DNA of 64,000 nucleotides from a virus (taxonomy: Duplodnaviria > Caudoviricetes), in the IMG/VR virus record IMGVR_UViG_3300033121_001394, positions 21,594 to 85,593 of that record; one strand, given 5' to 3'. The position numbers and the translations under genes are program-made. Below are positions 17,349-26,672 of the stretch, in pieces. Every line of letters starts with the position of its first letter. Position 1 is the stretch's first letter. The notes beneath the pieces are model-generated. The model worked only from the letters and a program-made list of their open reading frames with translations, was not told the DNA's origin and did no database searches.

Positions 17349-17913
17349 GAGGTCTTACTACGGCAATCCATCCTGTTATATTATGGCCGCTATCAAACGT
17401 TGGTTGAGCTTCAACGTTGATTTGAACAATTTGTCCGTTGGAGTGGAGCCAACCGTAGGAACATATAAAATTTCGTTTTTCCTTAACGGCTGTGTCCCAT
17501 TCATCAATAACTCGCTCTCTATCTTCGTGGGCGACAACATTAACCCAGTTTCTTCCGAGGAAATCTTCTGATGATCTATTGAGTAATTGGCAAGCGGCTG
17601 AATTGACATAAATACATTCACCTTCTACGTTACTTTGCCATTCCGCAATTTCTAACGCCGCAATTAAACTTTTGCTGCGTGCTTCTGCTTTGGCAAGTCT
17701 ATAATCTATATTCACTATTTTATCATAAAGACTCTTTCCGCCGTTAGGACCAAGTAAATATAATATTTGTTCAATCTTGTTGATATTGTTAAGTACTTTA
17801 GTTAAAGGTTTGATAACTTTAGATTTAAAAAATAAAACAACAGATACAAGTGTTAAAATGCCCGTACCAATCTTTACAATCAAATCAAAATGACTTATAA
17901 GTATATCTAGCAT
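17338..17913 (-). CDS. Membrane-anchored PAS-domain protein
   Basis: N-terminal TM (IGTGILTLVSVVLFF), PNGGKSLYDKI linker, then a PAS/PAC pattern (YVNSAACQLL...EDFLG..W...V..EDRERV..EW...G...W). Confidence 0.8.
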   Translation of the reverse strand: MLDILISHFDLIVKIGTGILTLVSVVLFFKSKVIKPLTKVLNNINKIEQILYLLGPNGGKSLYDKIVNIDYRLAKAEARSKSLIAALEIAEWQSNVEGECIYVNSAACQLLNRSSEDFLGRNWVNVVAHEDRERVIDEWDTAVKEKRNFICSYGWLHSNGQIVQINVEAQPTFDSGHNITGWIAVVRPQNK

Positions 17914-17940
17914 AATTACGCACCACAGTAATATATACTA

Positions 17941-17947
17941 TATACAC
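17941..17947 (-). promoter_or_regulatory. GTGTATA late-promoter motif
   Basis: Motif about 28 nt upstream of the start at 17913; recurs before other late genes. Confidence 0.6.
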
Positions 17948-17966
17948 AATTAAAATTTATTTAAGA

Positions 17967-18668
17967 TTATGTTCGAATAATAGTAGAATATTTAATTCTA
18001 AACTCTTCAAATTGTAATCGCGTATTATACTTTTGCCCGTATTCAGAATGAAATTTTTTATGACACCCAAAACACAAAGTGATACCATTATTTAAATCAT
18101 ATCTTAGATGTAAATTACAATGAAAAGATTCTAGATGATGAGCAACAATTCTTTGTTTAGATTCACAAATAACACAAGTTCTTTTGTCTCTATCTTTTAC
18201 ACCTGTTTTCCAATCAAATTCTTTTTGACAAAATTTGCGTTCTCGTTTTTTCTCACCAAGTTTACCATATTTCAATCTATTACTGTTAGACAATTCTAAT
18301 AAACAGCCACAACTTAAAACCCTATGGTGTTTTAATAAAGAACCTCGTCCTACCCAAGAATTACCGCAATCACATTTGGCTTCCCATAATCGAGTACCAC
18401 CTTTGTGATTGGGGGCGGGTTTCAAAGCAATCAATTTGCCAGAACGTATACCTTTTAAATCATTCCTTAAATACCGACAATCACCAAAACCACAAGAGGT
18501 TGTTAATCCTTGTCGTAACGAATTTTGTTTCACACTAGTTATTTTACCACATTCGCACCAACATAACCACTTTCTATCCAAATCTGTCTTAAAATCTTCA
18601 AAAATCACTAAAAGTTTTCCAAATCTTTGTCCTAATAAATTAATTTTTTTATGTTCGGGCCATCCCAT
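17967..18668 (-). CDS. HNH endonuclease with two N-terminal Cys-rich DNA-binding repeats
   Basis: GQRFGKLLVI...CxCxCG...SCG repeats; CVIC...AHHL...NNGITLCFGCHKKFH. Confidence 0.85.
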   Translation of the reverse strand: MGWPEHKKINLLGQRFGKLLVIFEDFKTDLDRKWLCWCECGKITSVKQNSLRQGLTTSCGFGDCRYLRNDLKGIRSGKLIALKPAPNHKGGTRLWEAKCDCGNSWVGRGSLLKHHRVLSCGCLLELSNSNRLKYGKLGEKKRERKFCQKEFDWKTGVKDRDKRTCVICESKQRIVAHHLESFHCNLHLRYDLNNGITLCFGCHKKFHSEYGQKYNTRLQFEEFRIKYSTIIRT

Positions 18669-18669
18669 A

Positions 18670-19041
18670 TTATTTACCTTCTATAGTTAAATGAGTCCAT
18701 TTGTCACATTTTCCTGTTTGAGTTTTACAAATTAACAAACAATTACAAGGAGCGTTGTTTTTATTAGGATCGGGCCTACTACATTGCGAAGCACTAGTCA
18801 TCTTCCCATCTTTCTTGGTAGAAAATTCACAATTACGACAAATATCCCTATTCTTTTTAATATCCTCATCGCTATAAGATTTATCTCCGGTAATGCATTT
18901 AGCGATACCCATCGCCCCCTCTTTTAACCATTCCACCTTATTAGGTTGTTGTTTAAATGCTTCTAAAAGATTATGAGCAACATGTTTCGCTCCACCCTGA
19001 AACATTGGTGTTGGTTGCCCTTTATTACAATTACATCCCAT
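18670..19041 (-). CDS. Small Cys-rich protein
   Basis: MGCNCNK start, CRNC, CNCLLIC. Confidence 0.7.
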   Translation of the reverse strand: MGCNCNKGQPTPMFQGGAKHVAHNLLEAFKQQPNKVEWLKEGAMGIAKCITGDKSYSDEDIKKNRDICRNCEFSTKKDGKMTSASQCSRPDPNKNNAPCNCLLICKTQTGKCDKWTHLTIEGK

Positions 19042-19051
19042 TATTAACTCC

Positions 19052-21322
19052 TTAAGTACATCCAGTTGATCCTAAAAAGCGTGAATCACTAGCTCCTATA
19101 CCTGAAGCATACCCAATTTGAGGATAACCACAACTAAAAGTTGCTACACTATTTTCCCAATTTTTAATATAAGTGTATGTTTTTCCATTAGTTGGAATAC
19201 TAGTAGGACATTCTCCCCAGATTGGCTTATTATTATTAGTGGTTATAGTAGAATTACAACTGCCAGTCCAATTATATGGAGCAAGAGTACACGCATTAAA
19301 ACTTACTACTCCACTGGATACACGACTTTCTACATAATTACTAGAACCATATCCACATAAATCTAAAGAAGTATTAAAAGTATAACTTCCAAAACCACCG
19401 CATTCTTCTCCGTAATTGACACTTCGAGGTTCACATGTTGCTCCGTCTCCATCACATCCAAAATTACAAGCCCCAAGACTAAATGTGCCAGTAGGAACAC
19501 TAGGTGTTGAAGGAAAATTTTGACAACTAAAACAGTAAGTGTTATTAGTGGGCGATCCGGCATCGATCCAAACTCCAGATGTACAAAATGTCCCACCGCA
19601 AGCAGAACTAACAGTATTGTTTTCTGTAAAACAAACCCCCGTTCCACCATTTATAGTACATCCACAGGTAGTAGATATTCGTGTTAAACTTACATTTAAG
19701 GAGTGAGAATTATTACCATTCCAACATAAACCTGCTGAATTACAACAGCTAAAACTTCCTCCGCAAACACCGGGTGGTAAACCGCATTGTCCAATATTGA
19801 TAAAATCATATAATCCAATAGTATTGCTAGTATCCCACCCACATTTTTGTCTAGTGCTTGTATTTGATTCTGAAAGCGAATAAGTAAGAGTTTGTGTAAA
19901 TGGATGATGTACTCTCGAACTCAAACAACAAGTTCCCGCATTTTCTTCTGCTGTAAAACCACATTCACAACAAGCAGTACCGCAATCAATGTCTATCCTG
20001 CTACACACGCTACCATTTGTACAAACTCCACTTGCTCTTAATGGAGAAATAACTGGTCTAAATAAAGCTTTTAAAGTAATACCAGTGGGTAAATAATCAT
20101 AATATTCTGGATAAACTAATCCTAAATTTTCAATACGATCCCAATTATCGCACCGTGGACAAGAATTATAAGTAATACTACTACAATTAACACCGTCTGG
20201 TGCAGTTTTACATCCTCCCGGTAAACCAAAATAGGCAGAACCTCCGGGTATTTCTAATATATTAGCAATAGTTCCCGCCATAATATCTTCGGGAATAAAA
20301 TTCCACGGATGTGTTGAACAAAAAACACCTAAACCTCTTTGGGCTATATATGAAGAAACGGGCCGAGTTCTTGGAATATTTTCTTCTTTAATTTTTGGTG
20401 ATGCAGGATCTAAATATTGACACCATCCGTATTGATTAGAAATTAATGGATTACCCGGATTGCAAAATTCCGTATATCCCGGTAAACCTACATCTTGCCC
20501 ATATTGAAATAATGGTCCAGCATCAGGATTATTAATATCTACGATCATAAAGGGAACCTTTACAAGCATTGGTATATCACAATCTGGATGTAAGTTACTT
20601 TCACAAATATATAGAATAGGTTGATTAATAACAAAATCGGCTGCGGGAGTATAAAAATCTTTCCAATAATTATTATTTAATAAAGAATTTCCTTCTTGAT
20701 TAAAAGGGTGTGGATAATTTGAACCAACTCCATTTTTACACCGATATACAGTAGAACAAGGGCATCGTTGACATGCATAGTACCAAGTAGTTTTACATAC
20801 AAAACTAGAACAGCCATATGAAATTAACCAACCATTATCTACTACTTTTTCACCACCGCAATTTAATAGAGAATCAGCACCTAAAGTACGACTACCAGCG
20901 GGAACACAGTGGGTTAATTTGGGATCATTAAAAATTACGTCATCTGTAGTCCAATTACATCGTCTACGAATAAAAGATTGTAAATCAACAGAACCATTTA
21001 ATAAACTTAAAGGTCGATCAAAATTAATCAGAGGTTCTTTATAGGAATAATTAAAGCGAGTAGGGGCGACCGTGGAATATTCATATGATCCCCCATTAAT
21101 ACTCGTTTGATCATCTAACCATACCTCATGAAATAAATCTGATCCGGTGGTAGCAATAAAAGGATTAAACGTAGAACTATTTAAAGGATTAGTGAACAAA
21201 ACTCCAGTAATAACCAGAACCCCCTTTGTCAGTATTAATAAATCCAGTAGATAATAGACCAGTACCATTAATAATACCACTCGCAATATATGTAAATAAT
21301 TTATTTTGTACATTAATATCAA
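19052..21322 (-). CDS. Very Cys-rich distal tail/virion protein (5' end doubtful)
   Basis: About 49 Cys by hand count; Gly/Ser/Thr/Asn-rich; end of the tail module. No convincing start codon of its own. Confidence 0.6.
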   Translation of the reverse strand: MILMYKINYLHILRVVLLMVLVYYLLDLLILTKGVLVITGVLFTNPLNSSTFNPFIATTGSDLFHEVWLDDQTSINGGSYEYSTVAPTRFNYSYKEPLINFDRPLSLLNGSVDLQSFIRRRCNWTTDDVIFNDPKLTHCVPAGSRTLGADSLLNCGGEKVVDNGWLISYGCSSFVCKTTWYYACQRCPCSTVYRCKNGVGSNYPHPFNQEGNSLLNNNYWKDFYTPAADFVINQPILYICESNLHPDCDIPMLVKVPFMIVDINNPDAGPLFQYGQDVGLPGYTEFCNPGNPLISNQYGWCQYLDPASPKIKEENIPRTRPVSSYIAQRGLGVFCSTHPWNFIPEDIMAGTIANILEIPGGSAYFGLPGGCKTAPDGVNCSSITYNSCPRCDNWDRIENLGLVYPEYYDYLPTGITLKALFRPVISPLRASGVCTNGSVCSRIDIDCGTACCECGFTAEENAGTCCLSSRVHHPFTQTLTYSLSESNTSTRQKCGWDTSNTIGLYDFINIGQCGLPPGVCGGSFSCCNSAGLCWNGNNSHSLNVSLTRISTTCGCTINGGTGVCFTENNTVSSACGGTFCTSGVWIDAGSPTNNTYCFSCQNFPSTPSVPTGTFSLGACNFGCDGDGATCEPRSVNYGEECGGFGSYTFNTSLDLCGYGSSNYVESRVSSGVVSFNACTLAPYNWTGSCNSTITTNNNKPIWGECPTSIPTNGKTYTYIKNWENSVATFSCGYPQIGYASGIGASDSRFLGSTGCT

Positions 21323-23546
21323 AATATGAATAATTTAATGGAATATTGGGGTCTTTACTAATATTTACAATATTTTTAGTACATCCTTGTATAGCGGTAA
21401 ACCACATATTATTATTACGAGAATAATAATAAGTTCCATAAGGTTCTACGTGAGGTAATTTAGAATCAAAAATACGGCAAATAGGAGGGGTGTGGGCGGC
21501 TATAGTAGTAGATGGATTATTGGCATAAATATCAATAAATGGTGAATCTGGATTATCGGGACTGGATTTAAATAAAGAATTATATGGTTTGGGGCCAACA
21601 ATAATATCTGCTCCACTCCATAAACCACTATCTGCAATAGGACCATCAGTAGAACTAAAATATCCACCAGCTACTTGTTCAAAAAGTTCTGAAGAAACAT
21701 TAATAATTTTAGAAGCTGGAACCGATCCGGCATCAATACTACCTAAAGCAAAAGCAAAAATATTGCAACCATAATTTTTAACTGTTAAATTATTAACAGC
21801 GTTAACAAAATCTCCAACTGTTTTACCTGAACAATTATAAATAACCGTAAAACAATCACAACCTGTACCTAAAGGTCCATAATATCCACTAACAAAAGGT
21901 GTCAAAGTAGAAGGATCAATTTCAATATAAAATGATAAATCATCAAATGCCGCAGTACCTACATAAAAAGGTACGGGGCGGCGAACACAAAAATTAATCT
22001 CAATTTCCTTAGTTTCTAACCATGTGCCTTTTGTTTTAATAGTACCCTGTGGTTTATAATCAAAACCAATACGCTCTGATGCATAGGAGCCGGGTCGATT
22101 TAAAGACAACCAACTCTGCCCACCCGCTGGATTTAAAGCATCATTAAATGGGAATTCATATGCTTTATGAACATCACTTTCAATATTATTATAATATGAT
22201 CCAAATGGTCCCCAAGGAATATTTTGATGAAATTGAGGAATAAATAATTCTGTAATACAACTACATGGAACTCCACTGTTATAACAAGTATTACCAGAAC
22301 CAAAATTACAATCTGGTAATGCGTATAATTTTCTATCAGTATGATAATCGTATTCTAATCTACCTTCTTGACCAAAGACAAAATAATTAGGAGACAAAGA
22401 ATAACATTGTTGTCCTAAAAGAAAAACTCTATCTAAATTTGCCCAAGGAATATTAGCAATTGGTGTCCCACCCGGACCAATATAAGCATAACCAGAAACT
22501 ACAGACGGACCCAAACTTTCCCATCCAATTGTAGCATTTGGTCCTAATTTAGCTCCTCTTTGTGGACAACATTGTAAAGAGGAATCAAAAAAAGCTGGTC
22601 CGCCCGGCCAATCTAAATCTTCATAAGGACAATCATTACCTGTACCTTTAACTGTATAATTACTATGAAAACCTAAATAAGTTTCACCTGTATCATAAAT
22701 ACCATATTTTCCAGAAGCAAATGATATATTTGAAATAGAAGCCGGAACTAAAGATTGTTCATAAGGAATAATATATGGTTGCTTAATTCCACATAAATCT
22801 CCACCAAAAGTAATATCAAAAACTAAATTAGTACTTGTATTACCTATATAGGTATTATGTGTAACGGTTATACCACTTCCAATCCCAGAAATAAGAGCAT
22901 TTCTTATATTATTAGCAAAAAGACTTGGAGTACTATTATAATTAGCATAGGGTGTTATAGTATTATTAAAAGAAAAATTTATTCTACTATTTCTAGATCC
23001 TAGCGTTTTAGTAGAAGCAGTTGTAAAAGTAAGAACGCCAGTTGAAACCAGTGTCGCGGCATTTTCTCCATCATAACTAAAAGTGTTTGGTACCGACCAA
23101 TTAAAAGATGGAAAATTATTAACAAATAATTGAAGTTGATTAGATGTTTTACCAATTAAATTAAAACCACTAGAACCCACTGTTGGTTCAGTAATTGTTA
23201 ATGTGGTATCATCGATGGTAATTTCTGCTGGAAAATTACTGCCGCCATAAGAAAAAGAAATTAAATTAGCAATTTTAGTAGTTGTTAAACCACTTGTTGT
23301 TATTCTTAATTGTTGACACTCACATACATTATTAGCAGTTCCATCGCATCTAGATTCAGAATTAACATATTTTCTATTTTTTAATTGATCCTGATCCCAA
23401 TCGGCACATAAGGCTGTTTTGTAATCCAATGACATGTCACAGGGCACAGCTTCCCAAAATAAACCACCTTCATCACAACAACACTCGTTAAGTTTGTTAT
23501 TAGATGTTAAAAGTAAATGATTGGAATAATATAAATAACCTGACAT
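21189..23546 (-). CDS. Cys-rich tail fibre/receptor-binding-like protein
   Basis: 785 aa, beta-rich G/S/N composition, ECCCD at the start, located in the tail module. Confidence 0.55.
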   Translation of the reverse strand: MSGYLYYSNHLLLTSNNKLNECCCDEGGLFWEAVPCDMSLDYKTALCADWDQDQLKNRKYVNSESRCDGTANNVCECQQLRITTSGLTTTKIANLISFSYGGSNFPAEITIDDTTLTITEPTVGSSGFNLIGKTSNQLQLFVNNFPSFNWSVPNTFSYDGENAATLVSTGVLTFTTASTKTLGSRNSRINFSFNNTITPYANYNSTPSLFANNIRNALISGIGSGITVTHNTYIGNTSTNLVFDITFGGDLCGIKQPYIIPYEQSLVPASISNISFASGKYGIYDTGETYLGFHSNYTVKGTGNDCPYEDLDWPGGPAFFDSSLQCCPQRGAKLGPNATIGWESLGPSVVSGYAYIGPGGTPIANIPWANLDRVFLLGQQCYSLSPNYFVFGQEGRLEYDYHTDRKLYALPDCNFGSGNTCYNSGVPCSCITELFIPQFHQNIPWGPFGSYYNNIESDVHKAYEFPFNDALNPAGGQSWLSLNRPGSYASERIGFDYKPQGTIKTKGTWLETKEIEINFCVRRPVPFYVGTAAFDDLSFYIEIDPSTLTPFVSGYYGPLGTGCDCFTVIYNCSGKTVGDFVNAVNNLTVKNYGCNIFAFALGSIDAGSVPASKIINVSSELFEQVAGGYFSSTDGPIADSGLWSGADIIVGPKPYNSLFKSSPDNPDSPFIDIYANNPSTTIAAHTPPICRIFDSKLPHVEPYGTYYYSRNNNMWFTAIQGCTKNIVNISKDPNIPLNYSYFDINVQNKLFTYIASGIINGTGLLSTGFINTDKGGSGYYWSFVH

Positions 23547-23547
23547 T

Positions 23548-24663
23548 TTAATCCATATTAGCTGAAAGATATGGTCCCAAAGTGGTTACTGAAGCTGCTT
23601 GAATAGTGCCACTCCATCCAGCAATATTACCAGAAAATCTTGGAGCAGAAGCTTGAATTTGTATAAATCCCCTACCATTATCTACCGCACTTATTTGTCT
23701 TACGTTGGGTTGAGTAGTTGCCATATTTACTCTGTAACCAGCCCATAAATAAATTCCAGAAGATACAAGATAACCCGAATTATTTACAAAACCAGTTATA
23801 TTTTTGCAAACTTTTGGCGACCCACCCTCCATATTAGTAATTGCATCACTATATACGAGTTTAGTAAAAATTAAACCAGAACTACAAGGGGGCAACGAAG
23901 TAGAAAATAAACCCACCTCTGCTGTTTGGGTTCCTCTTCCAGAAGTATTTATTGTAAAATTAACATTCATAATTCTTTTTTCTTCGGGCGTTCTACCTAA
24001 AAATACAAAGTAAGCCTGATTGCTTGTAGTAACAGCATTAGCAAATGCAGTAAAAGGACTACTGAAACATCTTTTATATTGTTCTAGTCCTTTTAATAAT
24101 CGCGTATTTGTATTTACGATTTTATCATTTAATTGAGTTTGAATGTTAGAACTAGTTCCACTTAGATTTTGAAATGTATTATTATCTATAGAACCATCAG
24201 CTAAATAAGAAGCGTCAATTTGAAAGGTAATATCACCACTATTTAATAAGCGAGGTGTAACATCTGCTCCACTCGTAGACTGAAACCAAAAACCAGACGA
24301 CGTATTTATAATACCACTTAAAGCATTAAGTTGGATATTGGATTCAATAATATCAAAAGTAGGATTGCCAGAAACACCGTTATTATTAACGATCTCAATT
24401 TTATTAGAATTGGCAACTAAAGTGCGACCTAGATAATTACCTGTTGAACTAATATAAGTAAATAAACCCGGATTACCCGTATAACTCGCTAAATTACCAT
24501 CGCCACCGCCCGGCCCTCCTCCAATACTATTAATCTGAGTTTGGATATCTGACGTTACATTTTTAAGATAATCTAATTTAGAAAAATCAACAGTACCACT
24601 ACCCAACAAAATAGGGTCAATACCACTAGCTAAATTCTGAGAAGTAATTTTTGTTAAACCCAT
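23548..24663 (-). CDS. Tail fibre-like virion protein
   Basis: Repeated xxxSDIQTQI/SNIQTQL segments, G/S/T-rich, position in the tail module. Confidence 0.5.
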   Translation of the reverse strand: MGLTKITSQNLASGIDPILLGSGTVDFSKLDYLKNVTSDIQTQINSIGGGPGGGDGNLASYTGNPGLFTYISSTGNYLGRTLVANSNKIEIVNNNGVSGNPTFDIIESNIQLNALSGIINTSSGFWFQSTSGADVTPRLLNSGDITFQIDASYLADGSIDNNTFQNLSGTSSNIQTQLNDKIVNTNTRLLKGLEQYKRCFSSPFTAFANAVTTSNQAYFVFLGRTPEEKRIMNVNFTINTSGRGTQTAEVGLFSTSLPPCSSGLIFTKLVYSDAITNMEGGSPKVCKNITGFVNNSGYLVSSGIYLWAGYRVNMATTQPNVRQISAVDNGRGFIQIQASAPRFSGNIAGWSGTIQAASVTTLGPYLSANMD

Positions 24664-24691
24664 AATCCCAAACCTTATGTCCTTATAAGAC

Positions 24692-24698
24692 TATACAC
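24692..24698 (-). promoter_or_regulatory. GTGTATA late-promoter motif
   Basis: About 29 nt upstream of the start at 24663. Confidence 0.6.
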
Positions 24699-24701
24699 TT
24701 T

Positions 24702-26672
24702 TTAACTAAAAGCACCAGCCCCCATAGTAGAATCTATACCTTGATATGTAATTAAAATATTATCTAAAGCGGCAGGTATATTACCAGAATTAAAATAAAT
24801 ACCTGAACCACTTAAAGTATAATCGTAACCAGAACCCTGACGTTGTAACAAACCATTTTTAAATAGCATAACAGAATTAGAATTGATTGGAGCGGTTGGC
24901 ATAATAAAACCGCTATTACTACCATTTTGCACACCGCTCAGAGAACGATTCCAGTAAATAACAGGAATTTGATTATAAGAAGGTATATTACCACTAGCTG
25001 GTAGATATACAGTATTATTACCTGATGTTGTGGAAACCGGCAACACATTTATTCGTGATCCAGAAACTCCTAGGAAGATGCTACCACTTATACCAAATCC
25101 AGCAATTCCAGAGCCAATTAAATTAAGACATTCTAAAGAATATGGTTGATTAACACCGGGACGAATAGTAAGAGCAGAAGTTGTTGAGGTATTTGTAGCA
25201 TTAAATATTTTAGCATGATCTACAATTTCAATTCCACTTACAGCAAATAAAGTATTTAAACGACCAGAAGTAGCAACAGCTAAACAACCGCTCGTAAAAG
25301 AAAAACCAAAATTTGTGTCTCCAAAATTAACCGGAGGATTTGTAATAATACCAGTTGGTACTCTAATACCAAGAGTAAAATTTTTAATACCACTGATAGA
25401 TTGAGAAGTAGATAAATCAACAAAATTTTGAGTGGAACTACCAGTACCACCCTGTCCAACACTTAAAGGCGTAGTTAAACCATTAAGAGAAGTAATATTA
25501 CTATTAGCTCCTGCTGAAACAAATGCAACACCCGTTGAAAGTTGAATCAAAATACCTGTATTAACTATGGTGATAGAAATACCAGATCCATTAATAAATG
25601 GTTTTGAATCAATAGTAGTGCCGGAACCAATAATAACAGAATTAGCATTGTATACTCCTTTGGTTGTTCCACCAAATTGAGTTTGAATCTTATAATTCTT
25701 TAAAGCTGCAAAAAGACCTGTTCCTGTTAAAATTTTAGATGAATTCCAAGGTTCTCCATCAGAACTTCCACCATATAAATAATCACTAGTTAAAGCAAAA
25801 CTAGAAGTGCCGGTGGCATCACAAGATTGCGTAGCAGGAATCTCATACAATAAAGCACCAAAACCGGGAATACCATTCGTAATGGTGTGAAGAATAAAAC
25901 AATAGTCTCCAGAAATATAAGGATAGACCTTATATGTATTATTACGAGGTTTTTGTCCTACGTGCATAATACCTGTTAAAGTAAGTTGACTTGCCAATCC
26001 ATCATTTATTCTTACATCATATCTAATATTTTCAGCAAATACGGGCACAGTAGGATTAATTACGCCCGTAACATTTGATTGTAAAACTCTTGCTGAATAA
26101 ACACTATTAGGTGCTGTCCAAACCCCCCGACCATGATCCCAGCGTAAATCTAGGGGACCAGCCTTCCAAAAAGGATAAGGCACTTCATTTAATCGAATAC
26201 CACTACTACCATATTCTTTTTTGAAATATATTGAAGGTATAGTTGCATTAGAATTATAGATACCACTTATATCCCAACCTACATCATAGTTGGGTGCCGG
26301 ATATCCAAAAATATCATAACCGGGTCCAACCATATGTAATGGATTCTTAAATCCATAAGTTCTTACTGAACTTGGATCGGGGGTAGCTGTAAATAAATTA
26401 TCGGGTAATCCAGTGCCCCAAATTAAACCTTCGCCGATTGTGTTAACACCAAATGGATTTAAACCAGTTGATGTAGCTCCATGCACTAAACCAGAACTAC
26501 TAATTAATGGATATTGATAACGAGGAACACCACTTAAATTAAATTGCGTTGTAAAAGGTTTAAAATATCCATCTGTTCTAATACCATAACTATAAATATA
26601 ACCGCTTGGCGTCCCAAGGCGTTTTTCAAATCCTTTACGATCTGTAGACTGTGTTTTAGGATTATATGTCAT
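24702..26672 (-). CDS. Tail fibre/tail tip protein
   Basis: LSVGQGGTG fibre-type motif; C-terminal NGxNxxF...P...V.LFKNG..Q..G.DY beta module. Confidence 0.6.
   Translation of the reverse strand: MTYNPKTQSTDRKGFEKRLGTPSGYIYSYGIRTDGYFKPFTTQFNLSGVPRYQYPLISSSGLVHGATSTGLNPFGVNTIGEGLIWGTGLPDNLFTATPDPSSVRTYGFKNPLHMVGPGYDIFGYPAPNYDVGWDISGIYNSNATIPSIYFKKEYGSSGIRLNEVPYPFWKAGPLDLRWDHGRGVWTAPNSVYSARVLQSNVTGVINPTVPVFAENIRYDVRINDGLASQLTLTGIMHVGQKPRNNTYKVYPYISGDYCFILHTITNGIPGFGALLYEIPATQSCDATGTSSFALTSDYLYGGSSDGEPWNSSKILTGTGLFAALKNYKIQTQFGGTTKGVYNANSVIIGSGTTIDSKPFINGSGISITIVNTGILIQLSTGVAFVSAGANSNITSLNGLTTPLSVGQGGTGSSTQNFVDLSTSQSISGIKNFTLGIRVPTGIITNPPVNFGDTNFGFSFTSGCLAVATSGRLNTLFAVSGIEIVDHAKIFNATNTSTTSALTIRPGVNQPYSLECLNLIGSGIAGFGISGSIFLGVSGSRINVLPVSTTSGNNTVYLPASGNIPSYNQIPVIYWNRSLSGVQNGSNSGFIMPTAPINSNSVMLFKNGLLQRQGSGYDYTLSGSGIYFNSGNIPAALDNILITYQGIDSTMGAGAFS

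Noticed and set aside
18670-26672. Eukaryotic or giant-virus origin suggested by the Cys-rich proteins
   Set aside because: Shine-Dalgarno sites, intrinsic terminators, DnaE, sigma factors and a full head-tail module indicate a bacterial tailed phage.
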